A DNA stretch of 64,000 bases. Origin: Granulicella sp. Lineage in GTDB: Bacteria; Acidobacteriota; Terriglobia; Terriglobales; Acidobacteriaceae. The stretch spans positions 2,855,030 to 2,919,029 of the forward strand of contig OZ255850.1 of assembly GCA_965277925.1 (NCBI GenBank), in the 5' to 3' direction. Below are positions 8,445 through 17,031 of this stretch, piece by piece. The notes beneath the pieces are model-generated. The model was not told where the DNA came from and did no database searches. It saw nothing but the letters and a program-made list of their open reading frames with translations. Numbering within the stretch: the first letter of the stretch is position 1; every line of letters starts with the position of its first letter. The position numbers and the translations under genes were made by a program.

Positions 8445-8711
8445 CAAGAATTTTTCCACCCCCGCAACACTCATATAAGCCTAGTGTTTACAATTACTTA
8501 GGACTATATTAGGTGGAGTTTACATTCAATGTTTCGCCATATCTTCGCTTGTACAAGATGATCCCTCCCCCTCGGCCCTTTCCCGCCCCTGCCCTACCCC
8601 ACTAATAGCGCCCCGCCGTCCCCTACCCCAACGCCGTCCTAGCCGAACCCAATTGGCCTAATTCGATGTCACTGCCCCTGACGTCGCCCTCGCCCTTGCT
8701 TTTGCCTCTCG

Positions 8712-8790
8712 TCTCTTGCTCTTGCCTTTGCTCTTGCCTTTGCTCTTGCCTTTGCTCTTACCTTTGCTCTTGCCTTTGTCTTTGCCTTTC
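8712..8790. repeat. 12-bp tandem repeat (TTTGCTCTTGCC)n abutting a family-B REP (8794-8827)
   Basis: About five to six imperfect copies read directly; followed by TTGTCATTCCGCAGCGCAGCGGAGGAATCTGCTG. Confidence 0.85.
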
Positions 8791-8868
8791 TTGTTGTCAT
8801 TCCGCAGCGCAGCGGAGGAATCTGCTGTTACCTGACACAACACCATCAGGAGAACCACCCCAGCAACC

Positions 8869-10005
8869 CTACCTCTTGCTGCCCGCCGCGCGTCCCCCTT
8901 CGCGGCCGCTGTTCGGCCCAACCTTCATCAGATAAACAAACAGCCCATAAAACCGCGCCGTATCGAGTTCTTCCTGCACATGCACCGGCTGCATCTCGCG
9001 CTGCGGCTTGTCCGTCGCCGTCCAGCTCAGCGTGTCTCCATAACTCGGCCCTCGCGCCAGATCGACATCCACATACAGCACCCGCTCCTTCGTAATGATC
9101 TTCGGATCGAGCCACGCCGCCGCCGCCAGCTCATCCCACATGTAATAAAACTCATTGCTATACTTCGCGATATACATCGCAGCGGGCGAGTGGGACTGCT
9201 CAATCTCCGCCTTCAACTCCTTGCTGAACATCGTCTTGATCGAGATATCGACATCCGTCAGCTCGATCCGCGGCCACGCCGCCCGCAGCGTGATGTGGAC
9301 CGCCTCCGGGTCGAACCAGAAATTGAATTCCGTGCGCGGATGCGTGGCGAACTCCGGATCGTCCGTGCGCGGCGCAATACTGCCGCCCATAATCACGATC
9401 CCTTGGGTCAGCGCGGCGAACTCCGGATCGATCGACACCGCCAGCGCGATATTGGTCAGCGGCCCGGCCGCATAAATCGTCACTTGGTGCGGATGCGCAT
9501 GCACCTGCCGGATCAGAAAATGCGCCGCATCCTCGTCCAGCGGCCTGGTCGTCGGCGCCCCTTCCTCCCTCGGCGGAACCACGAACGGCCCATGATACGG
9601 CTCACCGCCCGTATGCCGGGCCAGATCCCCCCATGCGCCATACCAGGTCAAGCTCCCCACCAGCGGTCGCTCCTGCATCGTCTCCGTCTGCGACCGCACC
9701 AGCGGAAACACCGCGCCCGGCACGACCGGCACATCCGTGCGATGGAGCAGCTCCAGCATCCGCAGCGTGTGCTGCACCTCTTCCGGCTCCCACGCATTTC
9801 CCGTCACCATCGTGATGCCCAGCACCTGCACCTGCGGCGACTGCAGCAGCACCATCATGGCCATCTGGTTCGACCCACCCGGCCCCGACCCATCCTGGTC
9901 GATCACCACCAGCCGTGGCGTCTGCGCGCCCGCAGCATACAGGCCGCCCAAGGCCCAGCAGCCGAGCAGTCCGACCGCCAGCCCGTATCTGCCGGTGCGT
10001 CTCAT
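8869..10005 (-). CDS. Secreted nucleoside hydrolase (IU-NH family), non-canonical active-site motif
   Basis: Signal peptide; LVVIDQDG, GITMVTGN, IYAAGPLTNIALA, IVIMGG, TEFNFWFDPEA, MWDELAAA. ATG at 10005 preferred. Confidence 0.85.
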   Translation of the reverse strand: MRRTGRYGLAVGLLGCWALGGLYAAGAQTPRLVVIDQDGSGPGGSNQMAMMVLLQSPQVQVLGITMVTGNAWEPEEVQHTLRMLELLHRTDVPVVPGAVFPLVRSQTETMQERPLVGSLTWYGAWGDLARHTGGEPYHGPFVVPPREEGAPTTRPLDEDAAHFLIRQVHAHPHQVTIYAAGPLTNIALAVSIDPEFAALTQGIVIMGGSIAPRTDDPEFATHPRTEFNFWFDPEAVHITLRAAWPRIELTDVDISIKTMFSKELKAEIEQSHSPAAMYIAKYSNEFYYMWDELAAAAWLDPKIITKERVLYVDVDLARGPSYGDTLSWTATDKPQREMQPVHVQEELDTARFYGLFVYLMKVGPNSGREGGRAAGSKR

Positions 10006-10080
10006 CGTAGGGCGTCGAAACCTCAAACTCAACTTCCTTTCCCGCTAGTGTGGAGTCTCTTAGGTTCGCAACGATGAAAT

Positions 10081-10107
10081 TGTCATCCCGAGCGCAACGA
10101 AGGACTT
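10081..10107. repeat. Family-B REP, intergenic
   Basis: TGTCATCCCGAGCGCAACGAAGGACTT. Confidence 0.8.
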
Positions 10108-10189
10108 GGTAGTAGCACAACCCACTACCGCCTGAATTATGCAACGAACTTCGGTGACACGACTTTTAAAGGGCCTGGACTTCCGCGTT

Positions 10190-10220
10190 TGAAGGGGCGG
10201 GACTTCAGTCCCGCCGTAAC
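10190..10220. repeat. REP-like palindrome, family C
   Basis: TGAAGGGGCGGGACTTCAGTCCCGCCGTAAC has a perfect stem GGCGGGAC/GTCCCGCC; second palindrome GCGGCTCTAGCCGC near 10236. Confidence 0.75.
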
Positions 10221-10460
10221 AGCAATTCATCCAAGCGGCTCTAGCCGCTCAAGCAGTGTCGAACCCCTGATATGAGCTTCCGTGGAAGCATTTTAGTCGA
10301 GCCGGCAATCGCGCCCCAAGCCTATTTCGCAATTCATGCTGGCAATCCAGATACCCGCCCACCTACCGCGTTTGCGCCGCACGCCGGATTCCAGCATCCT
10401 AGCTATAACACCCCGAAGAAACACCCGGCGGAACTTCTCTCTGATCCTGAGGCCCCAACT

Positions 10461-12455
10461 GTGACCACGCTCCGCTCGACCTGCCTTCGCGCCTCACCGG
10501 CGCTGCTCCTGCTTGCGCTCCTCTTGCCTCTGGGCGGGTGCAAAGGTGGGATCAAGGGCCTGATCGCGCGCTTCCACCATCGCAAAGCGACGTCTCCCGA
10601 AAACAGCACCGACGACGCCAACCAGATTCAGGATGTCGTGACGTCGCCGCAGTTGGCCCTGCTGCGCTGGCCCAACTACACCCAGCTCCAGCCCGCCATC
10701 CAGACCTTCTACGACGACCGCAACGACGAACTCGCCTGGACCCGCGACCTCAAACCCACCGCCACCACCACCACCCTCATCCAGCTCTTCGCCGACGCCG
10801 CCAGGAAAGGTTTGAATCCCGAAGACTACGACGCATCGCGCTGGCCCGGCCGCCTCCAGCGTCTCGACACCATTCGCCGCACCAACGACGGCTCCGGCCA
10901 AGCGCAAACCGATGTAGCGCAATTCGATGTCGCCATGACCATCGCCGCCATGCGCTATCTCACCGATCTCCACCTCGGCCGCGTCAATCCGCAGTCGCTC
11001 AACTTCGACATCGACGTGCCAAAAAAACGTGCCGCCTTCGACGTCGCAACGCTGCTGAACGACCATGTCGTGGACTCCGGCGATGTCGCTGAAATCGCCG
11101 CCTCCATCGAGCCCCAGAGCCCCCTCTATCAAGCAACTGAGCAGGCCCTCGCCCACTATCTCGACCTGGCCGCTCGACAGAGTGCAACTCCCCAACCACC
11201 GTTGCCGGCCATCGGCGCAAGCGGCGTCAAGCCCATCGCAATCGGCGGCTCCTATCCGGCTCTGGCGGAGTTACAGCAGCGGCTCCAGCTTGAAGGTGAC
11301 TCGTCAGCCACACCTTCAGTCAGCCCATCCACCTCCGATCAATCGCCAGCGCAGAACCCCATCACCTCCCGGGTGCCCCATGTCTCGCTTCTGAGACATG
11401 GGCTTCACCTCAGCTCGGAGCCCGCGAAACAACCTGCGCAGGAACCCGTCCAGGAGAGCCCCGCACCGGCCCCAGCCCCGAGGAACTACAACGCGGAGCT
11501 CGCAGCCGCCGTCAAGACCTATCAAACACGCCACGGCCTCACCGCCGACGGCAAACTCTCCCAGGCCACCATCGATTCGCTCAACGTCCCCATGACCACG
11601 CGCGTTCAGCAGCTCGACGACGCGCTCGAGCGCTGGCGCTGGCTGCCGGACAACTACGTCCAGCCGCGCGTCATCGCGAACCTGCCCGAGTTCACCGTCC
11701 GCGCCTACGCCCCGGACCACACCCTGGTCTTCAAGATGAAGGCCGTCGATGGCGAAGCCGACGGCACACATGACACTCCGATGTTTGTGCGCCTGATGCG
11801 CTACGTGGTCTTCAGGCCTTACTGGAACCTGCCCCCCGACATCGTCAAGAAAGACCTCCTGCGCCACGTCGAAAAGGATGGCGCCGGTTATCTCGCGCGC
11901 AACGCATACGAAGTGACCGACAGCGCTAACAAGCCCGTAACGGGATGGAAGGCCGCCGACCTCGAACACGGCCGCTACCGCGTGCGCCAGAAGCCCGGCC
12001 CGAAGAATTCGCTCGGCCTGGTGAAATTTCTCTTTCCCAACGGGTACGACATCTACATGCACTCGACGCCGGAGTTGAACCTGTTCAACCTGACGCTCCG
12101 CGATCGCTCCCACGGCTGCGTGCGCCTGCAGGACGCCGCCCAAATGGCGCTATGGGTACTCTCCAATGACCAGCCCGATCCCGCCACCCAGACCAAATGG
12201 GACGCGCAAGCCATCGACGCCGCCATGAACACCGACGACCCCGACCACAACAACAAGACGGTCAACCTGAAAACAACGCTTCCCGTAGTCATCGCCTACT
12301 TCACCGCCAACGCCGACGAGGACGGCACCATCCACTTCTTCAACGACCTCTACGGCTACGACCAGCAACTCCACTCGGCCCTGTCCAAAGGCCGCCCCTA
12401 CGAGCAAATACCCGTGAAGATCAATCCGAAGCTGACGCCGGGCGAGACGGAGTAG
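10461..12455 (+). CDS. L,D-transpeptidase, YcbB/LdtD type (lipoprotein)
   Basis: Lipobox PLGG-C; peptidoglycan-binding AVKTYQTRHGLTADGKL; ERWRWLP, ANLPEF, PYWNLP; catalytic IYMHSTP...RSHGCVRL. GTG start is estimated. Confidence 0.92.
   Translation: MTTLRSTCLRASPALLLLALLLPLGGCKGGIKGLIARFHHRKATSPENSTDDANQIQDVVTSPQLALLRWPNYTQLQPAIQTFYDDRNDELAWTRDLKPTATTTTLIQLFADAARKGLNPEDYDASRWPGRLQRLDTIRRTNDGSGQAQTDVAQFDVAMTIAAMRYLTDLHLGRVNPQSLNFDIDVPKKRAAFDVATLLNDHVVDSGDVAEIAASIEPQSPLYQATEQALAHYLDLAARQSATPQPPLPAIGASGVKPIAIGGSYPALAELQQRLQLEGDSSATPSVSPSTSDQSPAQNPITSRVPHVSLLRHGLHLSSEPAKQPAQEPVQESPAPAPAPRNYNAELAAAVKTYQTRHGLTADGKLSQATIDSLNVPMTTRVQQLDDALERWRWLPDNYVQPRVIANLPEFTVRAYAPDHTLVFKMKAVDGEADGTHDTPMFVRLMRYVVFRPYWNLPPDIVKKDLLRHVEKDGAGYLARNAYEVTDSANKPVTGWKAADLEHGRYRVRQKPGPKNSLGLVKFLFPNGYDIYMHSTPELNLFNLTLRDRSHGCVRLQDAAQMALWVLSNDQPDPATQTKWDAQAIDAAMNTDDPDHNNKTVNLKTTLPVVIAYFTANADEDGTIHFFNDLYGYDQQLHSALSKGRPYEQIPVKINPKLTPGETE
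11371..11402. repeat. Palindromic REP inside the L,D-transpeptidase CDS
   Basis: GGGTGCCCCATGTCTCGCTTCTGAGACATGGG; degenerate intergenic copy at 42862-42890. Confidence 0.85.
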
Positions 12456-12485
12456 AATTAGCTCGACTTTAAAAGGAGCTCCGGT

Positions 12486-13088
12486 ATGTCGCTCGATCTT
12501 AGTTCCAAAGCCGACATACTGGATGCTGCGAATCAGCTCATCTCGCACCTTTCTTCGACGCGAAAGGAATCGAGAGGACGGGAATGGACTGAACACAACT
12601 TTACTCGGTTGCGGGGATTCTTCAGCAGTCATCCTGATGTGACGTGCTATCACCGGCCGCGTAGTGGCATTAACGACGAGCCTAATGAGTTCATGTGGGA
12701 CTTTCTTGCAATCCAATCCAATGGCAGCATACTACTAGCGGCTGAGAGCGAACAGAACCATAAAGATCGCACGGGGTTGAAGCATGACTTCGAAAAGCTC
12801 CTTTACGTGTTTGCTCCAATCCGCCTATATGTTTCTAAGGCCGAAACCGTAGAGGAGGCAAAGATGCTTGCATCCTCCCTCGGAGGATACGCAAAGGGCT
12901 GCTGCCTCCATTTCAATCCAGGCAGCGTCTTCATCCTGCACTTTGACTTGTGGCACGATGCCGGAAGCGTCTCCTATCGGTGGCAGAGCGAAGGCGAACC
13001 ACCAGCGCTCAAGTCCGAAGAGATAGACTTCGGCAAACCTATCGGAAGCGATGATCTCAATCCGCGTGTGGCGGAAGGATTCCTGTAG
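12486..13088 (+). CDS. Lower-GC orphan protein, possible PD-(D/E)XK nuclease fold
   Basis: AGGAG RBS; codon usage departs from neighbours; EFMWDFLA...LLAAESE...DFEKLL pattern. Confidence 0.55.
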   Translation: MSLDLSSKADILDAANQLISHLSSTRKESRGREWTEHNFTRLRGFFSSHPDVTCYHRPRSGINDEPNEFMWDFLAIQSNGSILLAAESEQNHKDRTGLKHDFEKLLYVFAPIRLYVSKAETVEEAKMLASSLGGYAKGCCLHFNPGSVFILHFDLWHDAGSVSYRWQSEGEPPALKSEEIDFGKPIGSDDLNPRVAEGFL

Positions 13089-13272
13089 CCGCGAAGACGC
13101 TATAGCGATGCGCCTCCTCTTCATCGATCTCTTGCTGCATTCGCCGAACGTCTGCGCAAGTCACTGGGGCGGAATCGCGCACCCGTAGCAATGGCACGCT
13201 GTTGCGAGTCCTCGCGTGAAGTGAATTCGCTTGAGAAGCTATGTTTTCCGAATCGCTCATTCGCTTGCTCAT
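13057..13272 (-). CDS. Small protein with a VapB/CopG antitoxin-like C-terminal motif (71 aa)
   Basis: GAGGAG RBS before ATG 13272; RNSVPLLRVRDSAPVTCADVRRMQQE resembles the RNGxPLLPxR...PVTxExVxRL antitoxin tail. No toxin is adjacent. Confidence 0.35.
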   Translation of the reverse strand: MSKRMSDSENIASQANSLHARTRNSVPLLRVRDSAPVTCADVRRMQQEIDEEEAHRYSVFAATGILPPHAD

Positions 13273-13327
13273 TATCTCCTCGCTCACGTAAATCGTATGC
13301 CAATTAATAATCGCTCGTAAATCTGAC

Positions 13328-14719
13328 CTAATAGGCATCCCCGCCCCCGTGCGTCGTATCGAGATTCTCAAACCTCGTGAAGTCCGAAAGATACGCCAGA
13401 TGCACTGACCCGGTCGGCCCGTTGCGCTGCTTGGCGATAATAATTTCGGCCTTGCCCTTGAGGTCTTCGTCTTCGCGGTTGTAGTACTCCTCGCGGTGGA
13501 TGAACGCGACCACGTCCGCATCCTGCTCGATCGAACCCGACTCGCGCAGGTCCGAAAGCAGCGGCTTCTTATCGCCGGTGCGCTGCTCGCTCCCGCGTGA
13601 GAGCTGCGACAGCGCCACTACCGGGACCTTGAGCTCCTTCGCCAGCGCCTTCAGCCCGCGCGAAATCGAGCTCACCTCCTGCGTGCGGTTCTCGAACTTC
13701 GTCTTGGAATTTCCCGACGAGCCGGTCATGAGCTGGAGATAGTCGATCACAATCAAATCAAGCTGGCCGTTCTCCTGCTGGCGCAATCGGCGCGCTTTCG
13801 CGCGCATCTCGGCGAGCGTAATCCCCGGCGTATCGTCGATGAACATCTTCGAGGTCATCAGCCGGTCGAGCGCGGCAATGAGCTTGCCCTTGTCCTCGCG
13901 CGGAATAAAGCCGGTCTGTAGCTTGCGCGAACCCACCATCGCCTCCGACGCCAACATGCGGCGCAGCAGCGACGCCTTGCTCATTTCAAGCGAGAACACC
14001 GCAACCACCTTGCCGTCCTTCACCGCGCAGTTCTGCGCAATGTTGATGGCCCACGCCGTCTTGCCCATGCTCGGCCGCGCCGCGATGATAATCAGCTCCG
14101 AGTTCTGCAACCCGCTCGTCATCTTGTCGAACTCGATGTAATGCGTCGCGAGGCCGGTGACCTCGCGCCCTTGTTCATACAGAGCATCGATCGAACCAAA
14201 GGAGTTGGCAACGATCTCCGGAATGTTCGAAAACCCGCGCTGTATCGCCGAATCCGCAACCTCCGCCAGCCGCGCCTCGACATCGTTGAGGACCTTGGTC
14301 GCCTCCTCGCTCTGGTCCGAGGCCTGCACCATCCCATCGTTGAAGATGCCCAGCAACTGCCGCAGCAGGCTCTTATCCTTGATGATCCGGACATAGCTCT
14401 CAATGTTTGGGTTGCGCGGAATGCCTTCCGTGAGAAACGCAAGATACGCCGCCCCGCCGATCGCATCAAGCTCGCGCCGCTTCGACAGTGCATCCATCAC
14501 GGTGATGAGATCGACCGCATGCCCCAGCGCAAGCAGGTCTACCATCACGCGATAGACGCGCTGGTGCGAATCGAGCGAGAAGTCATCAGCGCGCAGCTTG
14601 GCCGTAGCGTCCGTGATCGCCACCGCGTCAAGTAGCATCGCTCCGAGTACGGTGACTTCAGTTTGAACGGAAGAGGGAAGCCCGTTATTCATCGGATCGG
14701 GCATTGCAAGCAGGGCCAT
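13328..14719 (-). CDS. dnaB: Replicative DNA helicase DnaB
   Basis: IIIAARPSMGKTAW, FSLEMS, IVIDYLQLM, ALSQLSR, LSDLRESGSIEQDAD, IIAKQRNGPTG. Start uncertain between 14692 and 14719. Confidence 0.97.
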   Translation of the reverse strand: MALLAMPDPMNNGLPSSVQTEVTVLGAMLLDAVAITDATAKLRADDFSLDSHQRVYRVMVDLLALGHAVDLITVMDALSKRRELDAIGGAAYLAFLTEGIPRNPNIESYVRIIKDKSLLRQLLGIFNDGMVQASDQSEEATKVLNDVEARLAEVADSAIQRGFSNIPEIVANSFGSIDALYEQGREVTGLATHYIEFDKMTSGLQNSELIIIAARPSMGKTAWAINIAQNCAVKDGKVVAVFSLEMSKASLLRRMLASEAMVGSRKLQTGFIPREDKGKLIAALDRLMTSKMFIDDTPGITLAEMRAKARRLRQQENGQLDLIVIDYLQLMTGSSGNSKTKFENRTQEVSSISRGLKALAKELKVPVVALSQLSRGSEQRTGDKKPLLSDLRESGSIEQDADVVAFIHREEYYNREDEDLKGKAEIIIAKQRNGPTGSVHLAYLSDFTRFENLDTTHGGGDAY

Positions 14720-14919
14720 TGAGCTTAATTTTATGGCGCAACCGGGCGGTGGAGAACTCGCCATCTATGTGGAGCCTGCGCTACCGATATCACACCGCGA
14801 CCGGTGTCGCTTGAACATCAGCGTTCATAGTGGATCCTAAAAATTCTCGCCTTCAGCGGGTACGCCCTCACAGCCAGACCAACGCCTCAATTTGGCTTAG
14901 TGGACACCTTCGGTTTCTG

Positions 14920-14948
14920 TTGTCATTCCCGAAGGGAATCCGCGTTTG
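14920..14948. repeat. Family-B REP, intergenic
   Basis: TTGTCATTCCCGAAGGGAATCCGCGTTTG. Confidence 0.8.
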
Positions 14949-15097
14949 CAGCTTCCACACCATCAGGCAAATTGATATCGTCCAAAGAGCCGTTGTTGCT
15001 TGATGGCCCATGTGCAATGCGACTCCAGCCGCCGAGATAAACCTTTGGGGTCGCGGCGAGCTTCTTCAGAGATCAAGAGGCCCGCCCCCTGCACGAA

Positions 15098-16366
15098 CTA
15101 CTTGGCTGCGGCGCGGAGCAGCGAACAGTGTCTCTCTTCTCGCCCGCACAAACACTTATTCGCGGCGGCGGCAGTTGGGCTTCGCTCCGCATACACCTTC
15201 TGCGCGGCGATCAACCCATCGCCGAACTTCGCCCCAAGCTGCGGAACCGACTTCATCACCACCTGCTCCAGCGCACCAATCAGCGCAATCGTATCCATGT
15301 AATCGAAGAACCCCAGATGCGCAATCCGGAAGATCTGGCCCTTCATCTCGCCCTGGCCATTGGTGATGATGGCCGCGAACCGCGACTTCAGTTCCTTGAC
15401 GAACAGACTCGAGTCCACACCCTCGGGCGCGAGCACTGCGGTCGCAGCAGTCCCGAACGCGTCCGGCGCAAACAACTTCAGCCCCAGCGCCTGCACTGCC
15501 GCACGCGTCATCGCGGCAATCGCCTCGGCATTCTCCACCAGCCGCTTGCGGCCTTCGACCAGCGATCCCGCGGGATTCTCCGGCGTAGCCGCCTGCGCGG
15601 CGATCCAGTCCAACGCGGCGCCCAGCGCAGCAATCAGCGCCACGGCAGGCGTGTACGCGCTCTCGCCATTCTTCGCGTTCTTGCGCTCCTTGCGCAGGTC
15701 AAAGTAGTAGCGCGGATTGTACGTTGCTTCCATCCTGTCCCACGCGCGCGGCCCGATCGCAAGATAGCTCAGCCCCGGCGGAATCATTACCGCCTTCTGC
15801 GAGCCGCCGACCAGCACATCCACTCCCCACGCGTCCATATCGAGGTGCGTGGTGCCGAGGCCAGTGATTGCGTCCACTACCAGCAACGCCTCCGAGCCGG
15901 TATCCTTGAGCAACTTCGCTGCCCCAGGCACGCAATGCCGCACACCGGTTGAAGTTTCAGTGGCCTGCATGAACACCGCACGCGTCTCCAGCTTGAGCGC
16001 GGCTTTGACCTCGTCGAGCGAGAAGGTCTGGCCGTACGGCGCGCTGACCACATCGACATGGCACCCGAAGGCCTTTGCAATTCCCGACCAGCGCTCGCCG
16101 AACTTGCCCGCTGTGAGCACCAGCACGCGATCTCCGGGCGAAGTAAGGTTCGAGACCGAAGCCTCCATCGCACCCGTCCCGGAGCTGGAGAGAATGATCA
16201 CATCGCTGCTGGTGCCGACGAACTCCTTGAGCTGCCCGAGCACGCGCGTGTAAAGGGCGCGGAACTCGGCGGTGCGGTGGTGAATGTCGGCTGCGGCCAT
16301 GGCAAATTGGGCAGCGGGAAGCAGAGGCGTAGGGCCAGGCGTAAAGAGGCGCGTCTTTCGAATCAT
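15098..16366 (-). CDS. Class V PLP aminotransferase (alanine-glyoxylate/serine-pyruvate type)
   Basis: LFTPGPT, SSSGTGAMEA, TETSTGV, VVDAITGLG, GGSQKAVMIPPGLS, FRIAHLG. Confidence 0.92.
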   Translation of the reverse strand: MIRKTRLFTPGPTPLLPAAQFAMAAADIHHRTAEFRALYTRVLGQLKEFVGTSSDVIILSSSGTGAMEASVSNLTSPGDRVLVLTAGKFGERWSGIAKAFGCHVDVVSAPYGQTFSLDEVKAALKLETRAVFMQATETSTGVRHCVPGAAKLLKDTGSEALLVVDAITGLGTTHLDMDAWGVDVLVGGSQKAVMIPPGLSYLAIGPRAWDRMEATYNPRYYFDLRKERKNAKNGESAYTPAVALIAALGAALDWIAAQAATPENPAGSLVEGRKRLVENAEAIAAMTRAAVQALGLKLFAPDAFGTAATAVLAPEGVDSSLFVKELKSRFAAIITNGQGEMKGQIFRIAHLGFFDYMDTIALIGALEQVVMKSVPQLGAKFGDGLIAAQKVYAERSPTAAAANKCLCGREERHCSLLRAAAK

Positions 16367-16474
16367 GCCTCTATTTTACTCAGCCGAAGACCACCCGACA
16401 GACCAGGCTATGCGTTTACCGGCTCAAATAACCGTCCTGAGCGAGTAAGCTGGAGCTGGGTTTGGGAGGATAGA

Positions 16475-16954
16475 ATGGCAACGATTGGCGAGCGCCTCGG
16501 CGCGGATATCATCACCGCGATGAAAGCCCATGAGGCGGACAAGCTGACCACGCTGCGAATGGTTAAGTCGGCGCTGAAGAGCAAGGAGATCGACAAACGC
16601 GAGCCGCTCACCGAAGCCGAAGAGCAGGCCGTACTGACTACCATGCTGAAGCAGCGGCGCGAGTCGGTCGAGCAGTTCACGAAGGGCAATCGGCCCGAGC
16701 TGGCGGCCAAGGAGCAAGTAGAGATCAGTCTGATCGAATCCTACATGCCGCAGGCCGCGAGCGAAGACGAGATTCGCTCGATCGTGCATGACGCCATCGA
16801 GACCCTCGCCAAAAACGCCGGCGGCCAGCGGCCCGGGCCCAAAGACATGGGGCCCACCATGCGCGTCGTGCAGCAGCGAATTCTCGCCAGCGGCATCCGC
16901 GCGGACGGCAAGCTCGTCAGCGAGATGGTGAAAGCCGAACTTGCGAAGGGCTAG
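16475..16954 (+). CDS. GatB/YqeY domain protein
   Basis: GGAGG RBS; ITAMKAHEAD...LRMVKSALK, KQRRESVEQF, ELAAKE, KDMGPTM, RADGKLVS. Confidence 0.92.
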   Translation: MATIGERLGADIITAMKAHEADKLTTLRMVKSALKSKEIDKREPLTEAEEQAVLTTMLKQRRESVEQFTKGNRPELAAKEQVEISLIESYMPQAASEDEIRSIVHDAIETLAKNAGGQRPGPKDMGPTMRVVQQRILASGIRADGKLVSEMVKAELAKG

Positions 16955-17031
16955 AGCGACGCAACGGGTATAGCGTCGCCTCCGCTTCTTGGTTGTCATT
17001 CCCTGAGCGAAGCCGACGGGAGAATCTGCGT

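Noticed and set aside
8658-8921. ORF with a KGKS repeat, suggesting a histone-like protein
   Set aside because: It is the translation of a 12-bp tandem repeat plus a REP and overlaps the nucleoside hydrolase 3' end; no RBS support.
13057-13521. 154-aa minus-strand ORF overlapping the dnaB 3' end
   Set aside because: The N-terminal part is an alternate frame of dnaB; only the 71-aa portion from 13272 has an RBS.
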